Origin: Catajapyx aquilonaris | Taxonomy: Eukaryota | Direction of reading: 5' to 3' | DNA: 64,000 nucleotides | Assembly: GCA_000934665.2 (NCBI GenBank) | Contig: KZ538038.1 | Location: 1 to 64,000 of the forward strand | Shown here: positions 62,101-64,000 of the stretch, in pieces | Numbering within the stretch: position 1 is the first letter of the stretch | Layout: each line of letters begins with the position of its first letter | Notes under the pieces: model-generated | What the model saw: the letters and a program-made list of their open reading frames with translations, nothing else | What the model was told of the DNA's origin: nothing | The model's database searches: none | Position numbers and translations under genes: made by a program

Positions 62101-64000
62101 TCGAATCAAACATTAATAACGTCATTATGGAACGGAAGTCCGTACAGAGAATGGAGGAAATGCAGCTGACGACGATGGTTAAAATGGCCATTCAGTCATG
62201 GAGAAATGGATATTTGCAAAATATATACTGTACTTCTTTTTTTGTCAGCAGTGTGAGTCAACATACCTTGTAAGCTGAACAGGCCTGTGAACAATAGAGA
62301 CGATAATGATTAGCTTTCATCCTGACTTTTCAGAGCAACACGTACGACTCTTCTGTTCGGCGGTCAGTCCAACAAACAGGATGAAACGGTACACCCTAGC
62401 TGTTTTTATGCCATCACAAAAGGATGAGATTATTATTATTAGCATGACCTCAAATGAGGAAAACATCGTACATTTGTGCACCCATACATATCAATAGTGT
62501 AAAAATTATTACGCCCCTTTCACAGGAACTGAAAATTTAACCACATTTTTACCTCTGTATGTTACATTATAAAGGTGCCAATAATACACCCAAACAGATT
62601 GTGTCAATAATGTGGTAGTAATCCATTTATAAAACATAAATTAAATTAAATTAATTATTATAATGACTCGTGTTTGATATAATTGACTTCTGACGGCAAT
62701 GGGATACCATGTGTTATTATAATAGTTATTAGTACTATTAGTATTATTATATGCATATTACGGTGTTCATTTACATAATGTGGGTTACTAAGATTTAGTT
62801 TTAATTACTACACATTTGTATAAAAATATGTCTGATTACTAGTTGAATGCTGATAAACTCATCAACCACTGCAGAAAATATAATACGCGTATTATTGCAT
62901 CATATTGAAATATGAACGGAAGGATCTCTGGGATACCAGGCAGATTAACGTCATCCACAGTGACTTGAGCATATTTTCTGGAGGCGAGAGACGGCAACGC
63001 ACTATAGAATCACGTCACCTTTCAAGCCTGGAGCACAGTAATTAATCCTTTTGGCAGTCCAGAAACCTGCAAGGAACGATTAATTCCGTTCGTGCCTTCC
63101 ATGATTCATATTTAAAGCCGCTTCACGCCCGCTTTAAACCGACCTTCCGAAGCAAGTCCATCATAAATTTTGCGCCATCTTTTTTTCCCCCCCTCCTCCC
63201 ATCTACCATGTTTTTGCCTACTGCAGAGTTCGCCGGTCACATTACCATTAATTACAGGATATTATCCGGGGCTTGCTAGAGTCAAGATCCTGGAAAGTAA
63301 AGTTGGTTGGGAAAATTTGCTCCTAGAAAATCCTTCCAACTTGGATCCCACGAGGACGCCATCTTTACATAAAAATGGCTTCCTTTTTTTCTGGTATCAT
63401 TCAATATGGGAACCCCGGTTATTTATAACCGACATCACGTCTGCGAACATGGGGCGCACTCTCAGGTCTCTCTGTCCTGAGGCAAAAAGGCGTGACACCA
63501 TACAACCGGCAGGAGAGGTTCTCTGCACAAAAATTTCCCTTTACTCCTTTCACTTTTTATTCCTCCTCCTCCTTCAGAGAGACATGAACATAAAAATTCT
63601 CAACCGCCGCATATTTGAAAAAATAAAATAAAAAGGGAAAACCTTTTCGGCCCAGTTTTTCCGATCCATTACGTGCCGAAAAGGCGTGCTCTGAACACCA
63701 ATAATGTGAGACTCTCCACGACTTAACCAGGCCAATTCTATGGAAGGGTAAGTCTCGAGTGATCCCAGCTTGTGATTGCAGTAGGTGCACCTCTTGTACT
63801 TGCTCTACGTACACCCAACTCGGTGTGCGTGGGTGTTTGCAGTGCTCTAAAAGCAGTTAATCCCACTTAATACATGGTTGGTGGTGGCCTGGAATATCTA
63901 AATCCCCTTTTGCCACGGCTGAGAGTTCTCGCGGATATTATTCGCACAGAAAGGGGTTGGAATTTGGTCTAACTGGTAGTTGTGCAAATGAGATAATGTC

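Overview
Eukaryotic (metazoan, probably arthropod) genomic DNA with short ~55-65 nt introns; the taxon is inferred from DRE and TCAGT promoter motifs and the transposon types. Positions 1-29.7 kb are a dense cluster of intron-containing genes: TAF1B/RRN7 (partial, -), CHMP3/VPS24 (+), a secreted Pro/Thr-rich two-FAS1 protein (+), an EFCAB9-like EF-hand protein (-), a divergent MATH-BTB protein (+), condensin I CAP-G/NCAPG (-), mitochondrial-type GPAT1 (-), LHPP (-) and a transcobalamin/intrinsic-factor-like protein (+). The remaining ~34 kb has no recognisable coding gene, only small non-autonomous transposons (a Helitron and MITEs), hairpins and candidate cis-elements. The most notable observation is a spliced 83-99 aa upstream ORF carrying a WRNPLPNID/C9orf40-type motif (FNSYQFWRELLP). 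Its TGA stop overlaps the CAP-G ATG (ATGA), which suggests a bicistronic microprotein + condensin mRNA. Its promoter abuts a 9-copy CCAAT+CACGTGAC tandem array that is split by a foldback-like insertion. All gene models and family assignments were made by eye from remembered family motifs; no database search was run.
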